Shown here piece after piece: positions 35,588-44,877 of a DNA stretch of 64,000 bases (positions are counted from its first letter, which is position 1; each line of letters begins with the position of its first letter). Made by a program: the position numbers and the translations under genes. The notes beneath the pieces are model-generated. The model ran no database searches, was not told where the DNA came from, and was given only the letters and a program-made list of their open reading frames with translations. The stretch is from a virus, in IMG/VR virus record IMGVR_UViG_3300044731_001604, positions 32,001-96,000 of that record; one strand, 5' to 3'.

Positions 35588-37714
35588 TTAATATATCTCT
35601 CGCCATTGTAATCCAGCTGATATATTTGTGGCTTTTGTATCAATATTTTTAACAATTATGACATAAACTTCCGAGTTAGTAGAATCAAAATTTTGCACTA
35701 TATAGTTCTTTTTAGCCGAACTTGGAATTACTGCATTTGAATCGCTTCCAGCCTTACTTCCGCCTTGTGACGCAGATGCTGCAAACCCAACGCTTAGTAT
35801 GTCTGCATTTGTATATCCAGTCGCATTAGCTAGATATTCAACGCCACTTTCAGAGTTAGTACTGGTCCACACTCCAGCTCCACCTGTTAAGTTAGACGCA
35901 TTTTGTAATTTTGCTATAGAAAATTGAACGTTACCAGAATCAGTGAAAACTGTAACTTGTCCTAGTCTAGCTAACATACGATTTAAATATGTTTTATAAT
36001 TATTTTTCAATCTAATTGCTAATATTGGTAAAGTTTGACCTGTGCCCAAAAGTCTTGGTGTGGGACTTGCAAGCGCCCAATCAATTCCAGCCTCAACATA
36101 TCCGCCTTCACTAACAACTGTACTACAAATTTGATCCATATATGCACCAGTTGTAACTCCGGTGTTAAATATTTCGCAGCGAACTGGCAAATTTGGATTA
36201 CTCATATAAACTGTAGTAAGATTATTTTCGCCATCAAAATGATGCGCCTCAATATATTTACCCTCATGAGAAAACCCAACCCTGACTCTTCCCACGCCAA
36301 GCCATTGAAAATCTATAAAAAGCAACTGAGTTTTTGTAATATCTAAGTTTAAAGAACTAATTCCAGTTCCATCGCACTTGTCAACATTCCAATTTAACTG
36401 AGAAACTCTATTTTCATTGACGGCACCATTAATATAGCTTCTTAAGACAATATTTAAGGTTCCGTTTCCGGTTTGTTCAAAGTAAATTCCATTATTATCA
36501 TCAAACAGCCCAGTTCTTTTTGTCACCCCTGAAGTACTTGAATAAAAATTAAAGGATGACATTATTAGCTGGCTTTTTCCTGGCATATAATGATGATAGC
36601 ATTTGGTCTGGTGTATCGCCTTACTATTAACATCACTGCTGGTAGTCAATCTCGCGCATGCTTTATTTGATTGAAATGAAATAGTTCCACCATTTAATGT
36701 ATAGTCTATGAAATTTGGGTCTATTCCGTAGAGATGTTTATAGTCTCCAAGGGTATACGGCTCGCTCACTCTTTGTCTTGCAAAAGCATCTAGTGTGCCG
36801 ACCCCAGGAGTTGTAAAAACAGATCCGGATACTACCCACGGATTTGTTCCTTGATTTGCAGTAACTGTTCCGTTTACAGTTTGAGTTGCCGGGAAATTAC
36901 CAACATCAACTGTTCCGTTTACAGTTTGAGTTGCCGGGAAATTACCAACATCAACTGTTCCGTTTACAGTTTGAGTTGCCGGGAAATTACCAACATCAAC
37001 TGTTCCGTTTACTGTTTGTGTAGCTGGGAAATTACCAACATCAACTGTTCCGTTTACTGTTTGTGTAGCTGGGAAATTACCAACATCAACTGTTCCGTTT
37101 ACTGTTTGTGTAGCTGGGAAATTACCAACATCAATGGAAGAGTTTAAAAAATATACGTCTAACCCAATATCAGTTCCAACAGTATGCGATGTTAAAAAAT
37201 TGGTTCCGTCTCCAAGACGAACAGAATCATTTGTATGTGTAAGATCAACGTCTAGGCTAACTTCTGGCTTAATTGTAATATTTGCATCAACAGCAAGTCT
37301 ATTAACTCCATTTTCATCTGCTACAAATTCTGCATACTGACCATATTTATCTACGAGGATTGATCTTTTTGCATTTATTGGATCTTCTGCATGACTAGCT
37401 CTTTCAAAAATCTCCATTCCCATCGGATTTCTTTGTTGTTCCCAAGCAGTTAAGGTTCCGCCGGAGTACGAAGTAGGATTGGAAAATGTGGCCATGTCTT
37501 TTCCAACTGGACCGACTTGAATCTGAGTGTCAGAGATAACTCTCTTAATTTCAAGCTCTAGTTGTTCTAAGCCTGTTTTATTTAAATATACCAATTGTTT
37601 AGGATGTAATAATCCTTGAGTATCTGGTACTGTAATTATATGATTTGAAACTTGAATCGGATTGGCTAAAAATGTAGGCCACCGTCTATCAAACGACGAA
37701 GTTAACTTGCTCAT
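35588..37714 (-). CDS. Virion/appendage protein with 15-aa repeats and lectin-like C-terminal domain
   Basis: Six DVGNFPATQTVNGTV repeats; C-term DAFARQRVS...KRTGLFDDNNGIYFE...WLGVGRVRVG; start could be 37735. Confidence 0.6.
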   Translation of the reverse strand: MSKLTSSFDRRWPTFLANPIQVSNHIITVPDTQGLLHPKQLVYLNKTGLEQLELEIKRVISDTQIQVGPVGKDMATFSNPTSYSGGTLTAWEQQRNPMGMEIFERASHAEDPINAKRSILVDKYGQYAEFVADENGVNRLAVDANITIKPEVSLDVDLTHTNDSVRLGDGTNFLTSHTVGTDIGLDVYFLNSSIDVGNFPATQTVNGTVDVGNFPATQTVNGTVDVGNFPATQTVNGTVDVGNFPATQTVNGTVDVGNFPATQTVNGTVDVGNFPATQTVNGTVTANQGTNPWVVSGSVFTTPGVGTLDAFARQRVSEPYTLGDYKHLYGIDPNFIDYTLNGGTISFQSNKACARLTTSSDVNSKAIHQTKCYHHYMPGKSQLIMSSFNFYSSTSGVTKRTGLFDDNNGIYFEQTGNGTLNIVLRSYINGAVNENRVSQLNWNVDKCDGTGISSLNLDITKTQLLFIDFQWLGVGRVRVGFSHEGKYIEAHHFDGENNLTTVYMSNPNLPVRCEIFNTGVTTGAYMDQICSTVVSEGGYVEAGIDWALASPTPRLLGTGQTLPILAIRLKNNYKTYLNRMLARLGQVTVFTDSGNVQFSIAKLQNASNLTGGAGVWTSTNSESGVEYLANATGYTNADILSVGFAASASQGGSKAGSDSNAVIPSSAKKNYIVQNFDSTNSEVYVIIVKNIDTKATNISAGLQWREIY
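36863..37132. repeat. 45-bp tandem repeat x6
   Basis: Two synonymous variants in blocks of 3+3. Confidence 0.95.
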
Positions 37715-37789
37715 AATAAAATTTCCCCAACCCAATGAAATTATTCATTTATGCCCCACGGCATTACTAAACCAATGTCTAGCTAATTA

Positions 37790-37798
37790 AAGATTAGG
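37790..37798 (-). promoter_or_regulatory. Late-promoter-like motif CCTAATCTT
   Basis: Intergenic, upstream of 37714. Confidence 0.7.
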
Positions 37799-37838
37799 GT
37801 ACTATTATTTTTTAATTTTAATTAATGTAATTAATGAT

Positions 37839-38036
37839 TTAAATGCGTTTTGAAGTCTGAATATATCTTTGCGCCTGTTCTTTGGTTTCTTTATATAAAA
37901 CATCAAATAACATACTGCCGAGATTTGAATATGATTTTGAATAAATACTATAGGATGGCATGTTGCAATATTTTGAATACAGCCTGCTTCTGAAACTAGT
38001 AAGGTGTGCGCTCCCCAATGCTTCTCGTTTTTCCAT
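37839..38036 (-). CDS. MKKRxQ-family small protein C3
   Basis: MEKREAL start. Confidence 0.65.
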   Translation of the reverse strand: MEKREALGSAHLTSFRSRLYSKYCNMPSYSIYSKSYSNLGSMLFDVLYKETKEQAQRYIQTSKRI

Positions 38037-38037
38037 C

Positions 38038-38229
38038 TTATTTGCCTATTTTTTCTTCATATAATTGTTGGTGAGTTTGATCTCTTAATTCGTACCAGAG
38101 CGTGATGTCTTTTAATTGCTCCCAAATTTGGGCATACATTTGATCTGATATTGTGGAATGGAGCCACATATACAGTTCGTCCCTAAATCTCTCTCTTAGT
38201 TTATCCCGAAACTGCTCTCTTTTTCTCAT
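38038..38229 (-). CDS. MKKRxQ-family small protein C2
   Basis: MRKREQFRDKLRERFRDELY. Confidence 0.8.
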   Translation of the reverse strand: MRKREQFRDKLRERFRDELYMWLHSTISDQMYAQIWEQLKDITLWYELRDQTHQQLYEEKIGK

Positions 38230-38421
38230 TTATGTATTTTTCTTTTGGGTTTCGTGACAGATTTGTTCACATATTTGATCAATCAATTCTGCATTGATTT
38301 CATATATTTCTTCCCAAGTCCCTTCTAAAACATTATCAATAACGTCACCATATACGTTTCTATCAATCATTTCATATAAATGATCTTTGATTTTTCTATA
38401 TATCTGATGACGTTTTTTCAT
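38230..38421 (-). CDS. MKKRxQ-family small protein C1
   Basis: Start revised to MKKRHQI. Confidence 0.75.
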   Translation of the reverse strand: MKKRHQIYRKIKDHLYEMIDRNVYGDVIDNVLEGTWEEIYEINAELIDQICEQICHETQKKNT

Positions 38422-38428
38422 TGTATGC

Positions 38429-39535
38429 CTACAATCTGATAACTTTGCCGAAATCGCCTGGTGGATTTTGTGACCCAACTCCTACCCAAATAAAGGGAAT
38501 GCCTGGATTTGTCGGCGTGTCTGCGCAATCAAAATCACCGAAATATATAATAGCGTCACATTTTCTTTTTACGCATTCGTCAATTGCTGGTTGATATGCA
38601 GTTCCACCGCTACCAAATCTTTTTGTTAATACACCAGGTTTAGCTTTTCCACCTTTAATTACATCAACTTTTTGCACTTCAGAATCTGCGTGGACTAAGT
38701 AAGTGATCGTAGTATTTTTTGCTATAGATGATATTTCATTTAAGAATGATGAGTAAGCTTCGTCCGAGATTGACCCTGACGAATCAGTACATACACCAAG
38801 TATTAAATTTCTTTTCTTTTTCTTGCCTGGTTGATCTAGCTCAAATCTTCTGTGAGTTTTAAGGCGTGTGCTTTTAGTTTGGACGTCCCTAGCCGATGAA
38901 ACAAAGTTTCTTAAGAGCTGCTTCCAGCTAATTGTCGCTGGTTTATTTAAATTACCAATGATAGACTCTAATCCATTCGGAACAAGCCCACCAGATGCCT
39001 TTATGGCTTGATTAACCTTGTCTTTAATAATCACTCTATCTAAATCGCCTTTTTCGCTTTCGTTCATTTCATCATGATCGCTCATCCACGATGCTACTTC
39101 TTGCTTATCTGCTACTTCTGCCATTTCTTTGTAATAGTATTCCCAAGACTCTTTTGGCAAAAGTTTCTTCTTACACATTTCTTCTGCCCACGCAAGCGTA
39201 ATGCAATCTGATGGTAAATCAGAAATGTGTTGGTTAATAGCGCAATCTTTTGCTATGTTTGTTAATTGATGATTAAGGATATCTCCAGCCCTATTGCCGA
39301 TATGATCTAAAACCGCGTGTAAAACTTCGTGTTTTAACACAGCAATCTGTTGAGCATCGGTTAATGTTGCAAACCAGTCTGGATTTACTTTAAAGTAAAG
39401 CTCTTTGTTCTTAATACCTACGCAAGCTCTTTCAATTTTTGGATCATCATAAACGACTCTAGAGCCTAAAATAAAATTAGCATAGAATCGTTCGGTATTA
39501 ATTAACGTAAAAATTGGCTTTTCTAGTAAACCCAT
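38429..39535 (-). CDS. DUF2201-type protein: HExxH metallopeptidase-like N-terminus plus VWA-like domain
   Basis: HEVLH, NIAKDCAINQ, MIDAS-like TDSSGSI, GSGGT, YFGD. Confidence 0.85.
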   Translation of the reverse strand: MGLLEKPIFTLINTERFYANFILGSRVVYDDPKIERACVGIKNKELYFKVNPDWFATLTDAQQIAVLKHEVLHAVLDHIGNRAGDILNHQLTNIAKDCAINQHISDLPSDCITLAWAEEMCKKKLLPKESWEYYYKEMAEVADKQEVASWMSDHDEMNESEKGDLDRVIIKDKVNQAIKASGGLVPNGLESIIGNLNKPATISWKQLLRNFVSSARDVQTKSTRLKTHRRFELDQPGKKKKRNLILGVCTDSSGSISDEAYSSFLNEISSIAKNTTITYLVHADSEVQKVDVIKGGKAKPGVLTKRFGSGGTAYQPAIDECVKRKCDAIIYFGDFDCADTPTNPGIPFIWVGVGSQNPPGDFGKVIRL

Positions 39536-39558
39536 GGAAATCTCCTATTATAATAATA

Positions 39559-40617
39559 TTATGCTTTTTCAAACTGAGCTGCGTATTCGGGGTCATTTAA
39601 GAGATCATTTTTTCCATGGAAATTGCCAAGTTTTCCTAATCCGACAAAGGCTTTCATAGCTAACTCAATTGGGATATCTAGTAGAAATTGCTTTAGATTA
39701 TCAATAGACATATCTGCTGAAAGGAGGTGAGGGTTGCTCTCTAGTTTAGCAAATAATTCATCAATTGGCTGATTAAGAACATCCATGCGAACATTGCTAG
39801 CACTTGCCGTGATATCTAATACTTTATTTCTAGCAATTTTTTTGTAGTTTTTAAGAATGTCATTAAGGCTTAATCCTGTTTCTTGCTTAGCTTTGTGTGT
39901 TAATCTAGCCGCTGCTGCAACCGGCCCTACAATACCTGAATATAATTCATATCTTAGACTATCATCTAATCCTTCTTCTAAATCAAGGGCGCCAACGCTT
40001 TCAAGCCAAGCTCTAGGGTCTCTTGTAACCATTGACATATCAAGTCTTCCGCCTTCTTTTGCAGTAAGATTTAACATCTCAGGTTGTTCACGAATAAAAG
40101 AAGCAAGGCTAAATAATCCTCTGCTTTCTGCATAAACTAACCATTCTTCAGTTGTAGGAGTGAAATCAATATGACAGAAACGAGATAGCCAAGCTGAGTC
40201 GCTTGTATCTGTTGTAGTGAATCTTTCTGATTGGTAGTTTCCAGCAGCAGCGATACGCCAACCCGGAGGTAATTTGTGTGTATGAATAGTTCCATTTTGC
40301 ACAAAAGAATACATTGCTTGAATTACATCAGTCGGCGCTCTATTTAATTCATCTAAAAAGATAATTCCTTCACCCTCAGTAGGAAACCATTTAGGTTTTG
40401 CATGATAAACTTCGCCGTTTTCGCCTTTAACTAAGAGGCCAACTAAATCGCCCACATCTTGAGTAGCCGTGTGTAAAACTCTTAATTGTAAGTTGTTCTT
40501 TACGCAATACTGATTCCAAAACTGTGTCTTTCCAACACCTTGACTGCCCCAAAAGAATGGAACAATTCGGTTTTTTAATAGAAAAGGAATAGCTTTGTTG
40601 ATTTCAGAAATATTCAT
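39559..40617 (-). CDS. MoxR-like AAA+ ATPase
   Basis: Walker A GSQGVGKT, Walker B IIFLDELNRA, AAGN, SRF; start revised to MNISE after GGAGG. Confidence 0.9.
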   Translation of the reverse strand: MNISEINKAIPFLLKNRIVPFFWGSQGVGKTQFWNQYCVKNNLQLRVLHTATQDVGDLVGLLVKGENGEVYHAKPKWFPTEGEGIIFLDELNRAPTDVIQAMYSFVQNGTIHTHKLPPGWRIAAAGNYQSERFTTTDTSDSAWLSRFCHIDFTPTTEEWLVYAESRGLFSLASFIREQPEMLNLTAKEGGRLDMSMVTRDPRAWLESVGALDLEEGLDDSLRYELYSGIVGPVAAAARLTHKAKQETGLSLNDILKNYKKIARNKVLDITASASNVRMDVLNQPIDELFAKLESNPHLLSADMSIDNLKQFLLDIPIELAMKAFVGLGKLGNFHGKNDLLNDPEYAAQFEKA

Positions 40618-40636
40618 CTGGACCTCCGTTTCAATT

Positions 40637-40665
40637 ATCATAACATTTTATTTTCGGTACGTCAA
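40637..40665 (-). promoter_or_regulatory. sigma70-type promoter (leftward arm)
   Basis: TTGACG-17 nt-TATGAT with extended TG. Confidence 0.7.
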
Positions 40666-40679
40666 CCTAAAAAAACTTA

Positions 40680-40707
40680 TTGCAAATTGTTTTATTTGTG
40701 CTACATT
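40680..40707 (+). promoter_or_regulatory. sigma70-type promoter (rightward arm)
   Basis: TTGCAA-16 nt-TACATT with extended TG. Confidence 0.5.
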
Positions 40708-40740
40708 TAATATGTACCATTTAACAAAAAGGAGCATAAA

Positions 40741-41367
40741 ATGGATAACAAAATTACTGAACTTACCCCAGAACAAGAAGCGTTATTTCCAGCTTATTTG
40801 GAAAAATTCAGAAATATCGGCCTATCAACTACTCCAACAAATAGACAAAAGGCTGAAGAGGCTTTAACAAAAGCTTATGCTTATTTATCTAAAACTGATC
40901 CTAATTTATGCGTTCCAAATCCAGAAATCATCTGGGCAGAAAGCCCAATGGCAGGCGCAGTTCTTGCTGCTCAACACGCTAAAGGCGATCTTAACGTAAC
41001 AGATTCAGAAGTGCAAGATCAAGCTTGGCGAGCTTCTTATGGTTCATTCGAGGCATACTGGGTGAGTACTTATTCATTTATCTGCAATGAGCTTCCAGTA
41101 GAAAAAGACGAGCTTATCGACATCGTTATGGAAATCATCAATGAGTGCGGCGTGTACTGGACATATAAAGATTTGGTTATCCTTACTCCAAAGCCAACTT
41201 TTATCGGAATGAAAGACGGAAAATTACACAACTCTAAAGGGCTAGCTTTAGCATATCCAGATGGAAACGGAATCTATGCTGTAAATGGTTCTAGAAAAAA
41301 CTCTTTAATTGAAGCTACGTTAGAACAAAGAGCTAACAGCTTAATTGGTTCAACTTCAGAAGATTAA
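40741..41367 (+). CDS. DUF6745-like protein
   Basis: ITELTPEQEA...IGLST.P.NR..AE; IIWAESP; YG..EAYW..Y; CG.YW.Y..L.IL..KP; GKLHN..G.AL.YPDG..IYA.NG. Confidence 0.75.
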   Translation: MDNKITELTPEQEALFPAYLEKFRNIGLSTTPTNRQKAEEALTKAYAYLSKTDPNLCVPNPEIIWAESPMAGAVLAAQHAKGDLNVTDSEVQDQAWRASYGSFEAYWVSTYSFICNELPVEKDELIDIVMEIINECGVYWTYKDLVILTPKPTFIGMKDGKLHNSKGLALAYPDGNGIYAVNGSRKNSLIEATLEQRANSLIGSTSED

Positions 41368-41390
41368 AATAAACACGTATGAGGGTCGCC

Positions 41391-41582
41391 ATGAGGCAAA
41401 GAGATCAGATAAATAGAATAAGCAACAAGTATTTTGATCATATTGACGGCGACCTTTATAATGAAAATTTTCATTTAATATCAGATTATCTCCAATACAT
41501 TTTATACATTGAGCGCTCACCAGTCGATAACATTGTTGACGAGCTATCCACATATATTGAGACTATGAATTTGGGGAATTGA
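41391..41582 (+). CDS. MKKRxQ-family small protein D1
   Basis: Start revised to MRQRDQI. Confidence 0.75.
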   Translation: MRQRDQINRISNKYFDHIDGDLYNENFHLISDYLQYILYIERSPVDNIVDELSTYIETMNLGN

Positions 41583-41587
41583 TTTAA

Positions 41588-41785
41588 ATGAAAAAACGCA
41601 AGCAGATAGACGGAATCCTTTTTACGATTATTGAAAACAATCTTTACCATCAGGTATACTACGATGTCAATTCAAAAAATCGAGAAAAGATCTATACAGG
41701 AATTTACGAACTGCTTATGGATGAACTAAATGTTAAGTTAATAAATATTATTAACGATTTTATTAAATCGAGAAGAGCATCATGA
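41588..41785 (+). CDS. MKKRxQ-family small protein D2
   Basis: MKKRKQI start. Confidence 0.8.
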   Translation: MKKRKQIDGILFTIIENNLYHQVYYDVNSKNREKIYTGIYELLMDELNVKLINIINDFIKSRRAS

Positions 41786-41979
41786 AAAAAAGGGTTCAGA
41801 TACCTGATTTTTTAAATGAAAACATATGCGATCATCTTAGATATAGCATATATGTTCAAGTTGATGATACTATTTGGCGTGTAATACTATCTGAACTATA
41901 TATAAAACTTCATGATAAGCTTAACAATACGTTAATTAATGAAACCTGGGATTATATTAAAATGGGGCCAAAAATATGA
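41782..41979 (+). CDS. MKKRxQ-family small protein D3
   Basis: MKKRVQI start. Confidence 0.8.
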   Translation: MKKRVQIPDFLNENICDHLRYSIYVQVDDTIWRVILSELYIKLHDKLNNTLINETWDYIKMGPKI

Positions 41980-42182
41980 AAAAGCGCATCCAATTTAATG
42001 ATCCTCTATATAATATATTCTATCCTAAAATTAGAGATAGAGTTAGGCTTGAAATAAAATATAAAACTTTTGAAAAGATAAGCAAGAGACTCACTGGTGA
42101 GCTTAATTCGCAATTCTGGGGCCAAATTGGATATCAGATTGGTAAATACATCGAGGATAGGAGTTCAAGTGAGAAGGCGTGA
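41976..42182 (+). CDS. MKKRxQ-family small protein D4
   Basis: MKKRIQF start. Confidence 0.8.
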   Translation: MKKRIQFNDPLYNIFYPKIRDRVRLEIKYKTFEKISKRLTGELNSQFWGQIGYQIGKYIEDRSSSEKA

Positions 42183-42351
42183 GCAGATTACTGATCAGCT
42201 TAGGGATAATGTTTGGGAATCTTTAAACGGGCAGCTCCAATATCAAATTGAACCAGATATCTATAATAGGCTGCATGACGTTCTGTGCGAAGAAAAGAGA
42301 TACAGACTCATAAGCCAATTATATTTATATTTAAGGACTAGGGTTAACTAA
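42169..42351 (+). CDS. MKKRxQ-family small protein D5
   Basis: Start revised to GTG-RRREQITDQLRDNVW after AGGAG. Confidence 0.75.
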   Translation: MRRREQITDQLRDNVWESLNGQLQYQIEPDIYNRLHDVLCEEKRYRLISQLYLYLRTRVN

Positions 42352-42555
42352 ATGAGGAAACGAGAACAAATCACTAGTCAATTTTCATATCAACTTTGGG
42401 ATAGACTTAGAGATGACATATACGTGCAACTGTATTCCTCATTTAATGAGGACATACACAATAAACTCAGGGACAATCTTTGGCTTGAGCTGCAAATATT
42501 ATTGTACGATAGAACGTATAGCTATTTGCAAAACTATATAGGCAAGAAGCAATGA
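42352..42555 (+). CDS. MKKRxQ-family small protein D6
   Basis: MRKREQI; QLWDRLRDDIYVQLY. Confidence 0.8.
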   Translation: MRKREQITSQFSYQLWDRLRDDIYVQLYSSFNEDIHNKLRDNLWLELQILLYDRTYSYLQNYIGKKQ

Positions 42556-42728
42556 AGAAGAATAAAATTATAGAATTTAAATTAAGAGTTAGATTAAAAG
42601 AACAAATCACAAAATCTTGTGGTTCAGATTGTATCAGCACGTCAAGAAAAAAGCTAAGAGAATTATCATCTTACGACTTATATAAAGCGGCTGTTGGAGA
42701 AATTGTCTCTGCTTCTGTGTCAAAATAA
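42552..42728 (+). CDS. Divergent family member D7 (58 aa)
   Basis: Not in track; MKKNKII; ATGA overlap. Confidence 0.5.
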   Translation: MKKNKIIEFKLRVRLKEQITKSCGSDCISTSRKKLRELSSYDLYKAAVGEIVSASVSK

Positions 42729-42747
42729 ATATTTTTTAATATTTTTC

Positions 42748-42776
42748 TTGCTTTTAATATCAGATATTGGTAATCT
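42748..42776 (+). promoter_or_regulatory. sigma70-type promoter
   Basis: TTGCTT-17 nt-TAATCT with extended TG. Confidence 0.5.
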
Positions 42777-42794
42777 AGGTTTATTGGAGGCGTT

Positions 42795-43184
42795 ATGAAA
42801 TTCAAAGCCGGAGATAGATTTATAGTTAAGGCAAGCGAGTCTGATTTAGGAGCCACTGGAAAAATAACTGGAATTGGGTTTAATTCTATACGCCAATCTG
42901 ACGAATATAGATATGTTTGGGACCAGCAATTCGGCGGTTCTACTGGGAGCTGTGATACAGAAGTTGGGGATTCTATGTGGGACATTATTGCGGCAGATAT
43001 CCACACACATACATACACACATGTTTACACAATTCCTGAAGACAATTATACAATTTCAGTTGGAAACATCGTTTGGAACAATCCTACTTCCAACTCTACA
43101 AATTGTTCCCACGAATATAAAATGTATAATGGATTTACTGAAAGTTATGAATTTTGCATTAAATGCGATAAAAGAAAGATCTAG
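42795..43184 (+). CDS. Hypothetical protein with C-terminal CxH...CxxC
   Basis: GGAGG RBS; CSHEY...CIKC. Confidence 0.7.
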   Translation: MKFKAGDRFIVKASESDLGATGKITGIGFNSIRQSDEYRYVWDQQFGGSTGSCDTEVGDSMWDIIAADIHTHTYTHVYTIPEDNYTISVGNIVWNNPTSNSTNCSHEYKMYNGFTESYEFCIKCDKRKI

Positions 43185-43188
43185 TAAT

Positions 43189-43407
43189 ATGAGGAAAAGA
43201 GAGCAGCCTAATAATTTGTTTTTTAACCAACTTGTCATAAAGCTTAGGGATCAAGCTGAAAACCAACTTTGTGATAATTTAAGTTATCAACTACATGATA
43301 ATCTTAAGCTTTACAAGATTTGTGAACAGTTTCGCAATACAGCTCTTAATATTATTCGTACACAATCATTAAATGATATTGATAATAAATTAAAAAGAAA
43401 GGTTTAA
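43189..43407 (+). CDS. MKKRxQ-family small protein E1
   Basis: Start revised to MRKREQ; QLCDNLSYQLHDNL. Confidence 0.75.
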   Translation: MRKREQPNNLFFNQLVIKLRDQAENQLCDNLSYQLHDNLKLYKICEQFRNTALNIIRTQSLNDIDNKLKRKV

Positions 43408-43408
43408 C

Positions 43409-43756
43409 ATGGAAAATCTATATCTAGACAAAGAGGCTTTTCTTGAAGATGAATATGTGTCTGAGGTTGTAATCATTGACACGTTACCTGGCGGATTTAA
43501 CCAGAGATCTGAATTATTGCCTGAGCCAATTGAAATTTTGAAATTTGAGAAAGTTAGCAGCAAGTTATCTTTGGAAAGAAAAGTAAGACTATCTGCAAAT
43601 TATATTACTGCAGAGGAGGGTCTTAAAATGATCCAAAAAAGTGAGAGACTACACGCCAAATCTAATAGAAAATGTACTTCTTGTGGAGGATACGTCCCAA
43701 AAGAAAATTTTAGTAGATGCAATACTTGCGTTAAATTAAAAAATGTGGTAGACTAA
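43409..43756 (+). CDS. Hypothetical protein with C-terminal zinc ribbon
   Basis: CTSC...CNTC. Confidence 0.65.
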   Translation: MENLYLDKEAFLEDEYVSEVVIIDTLPGGFNQRSELLPEPIEILKFEKVSSKLSLERKVRLSANYITAEEGLKMIQKSERLHAKSNRKCTSCGGYVPKENFSRCNTCVKLKNVVD

Positions 43757-43778
43757 TTAGATAAAATAGGTAGTTAAT

Positions 43779-44000
43779 ATGAAGAAACGTAAGCAAATAT
43801 CAGATCATATAAGTAATGATTTAAAGTTTGAGCTTTTTGATAGGCTTGAAGAGCAGGTTGATGGTGAACTTTTTGATCAAATTGATGAGGAACTTTTTGA
43901 GTACGTTACAGGTGGAAGCTACATTGACATAGATGTAAACTTAATAAAAGAACAGTTGTTTTCTCATATTGAAAATATAAATGGCCGAAAGGTTGGTTAA
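43779..44000 (+). CDS. MKKRxQ-family small protein E2
   Basis: MKKRKQI; ELFD/ELFE x3. Confidence 0.8.
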   Translation: MKKRKQISDHISNDLKFELFDRLEEQVDGELFDQIDEELFEYVTGGSYIDIDVNLIKEQLFSHIENINGRKVG

Positions 44001-44001
44001 A

Positions 44002-44208
44002 ATGAAAAAACGAGAAGGAATGAAGATTTTGCCGAAAGATCAAATTAGTCCTGAAGTTTGGGATAGAATCGTTAGCCAGCTTGAGAATCGTCTTAACGGC
44101 CAAAATAAAGCCATAGAGGCGCCAAAAAAAGAAGGCTTTGTAAGATTTCTTAAATATAAGACATACTTTAATGCAATTAAAAATCTATTTAATAAGAAGG
44201 GCGGTTAA
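44002..44208 (+). CDS. Hypothetical protein, possible divergent family member E3
   Basis: MKKREG start; EVWDRIVSQLENRL. Confidence 0.55.
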   Translation: MKKREGMKILPKDQISPEVWDRIVSQLENRLNGQNKAIEAPKKEGFVRFLKYKTYFNAIKNLFNKKGG

Positions 44209-44209
44209 G

Positions 44210-44452
44210 ATGTCTAAGTTGTTTAAGGCTGCTATGAATCTTGTGTGGTACAATGTTAAGACGGAACAAATTGTGACCGGACCTTGCCTTACTAATGATT
44301 TAAATGTAACATTTCTTGAGGTTGAGCAAGGGCAATACATTTCCGCAAGGCACTTTAATAAAGAAGACTGGGAACTTATTGGGGATTTGGATTCATCTTT
44401 ATCTGAATCATCAACTCAACAAGCTTTAAAATTACGCAATTATATGAGGTAA
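44210..44452 (+). CDS. Hypothetical protein
   Basis: Start revised to MSKLF. Confidence 0.6.
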   Translation: MSKLFKAAMNLVWYNVKTEQIVTGPCLTNDLNVTFLEVEQGQYISARHFNKEDWELIGDLDSSLSESSTQQALKLRNYMR

Positions 44453-44454
44453 TT

Positions 44455-44649
44455 ATGTTTGAGATTATCGGCGCCCTAATAATAGCTTGCAATAACTTAC
44501 AGGCAGTTAATGTTGTGGGTAAGGACGCATCTGTATTTTTAGCTATGAAAAAAGCTGAATGTTCTGAAAGAGTTATAAACTGTATGTATAGCGAGCTTGT
44601 TATTGATAAGAAATTAATTATTAAATGTTCTAAAGAAGTTAAACTATAG
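44455..44649 (+). CDS. Small Cys-rich protein with hydrophobic N-terminus
   Basis: CxExVxNC...CS pattern shared with 45393..45599. Confidence 0.6.
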   Translation: MFEIIGALIIACNNLQAVNVVGKDASVFLAMKKAECSERVINCMYSELVIDKKLIIKCSKEVKL

Positions 44650-44658
44650 GAGTCATAA

Positions 44659-44877
44659 ATGATTACAATAGGCGAATCAGAACTAGCACAGATTAGACGA
44701 CTATCATTGAATACGTTTCAAAAAAATTCCAATTTTCCTAAAGAGAGCAAAGATTTGCAATTGTTTTTATTATTAAGTGGCCTAGAAGAATTTTTAACTT
44801 CTAAGGGAATTGAGCCAAACTTTGAGGTATGTTATACTAAAGAGGGCTCTGAGTACCAATCTCCGGTGGAGGAATAA
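44659..44877 (+). CDS. Hypothetical protein
   Basis: AGGAG RBS. Confidence 0.6.
   Translation: MITIGESELAQIRRLSLNTFQKNSNFPKESKDLQLFLLLSGLEEFLTSKGIEPNFEVCYTKEGSEYQSPVEE

Noticed and set aside
43001-43030. CA-rich microsatellite as a phase-variation tract
   Set aside because: Short and imperfect; simply encodes HTHTYTHVYT
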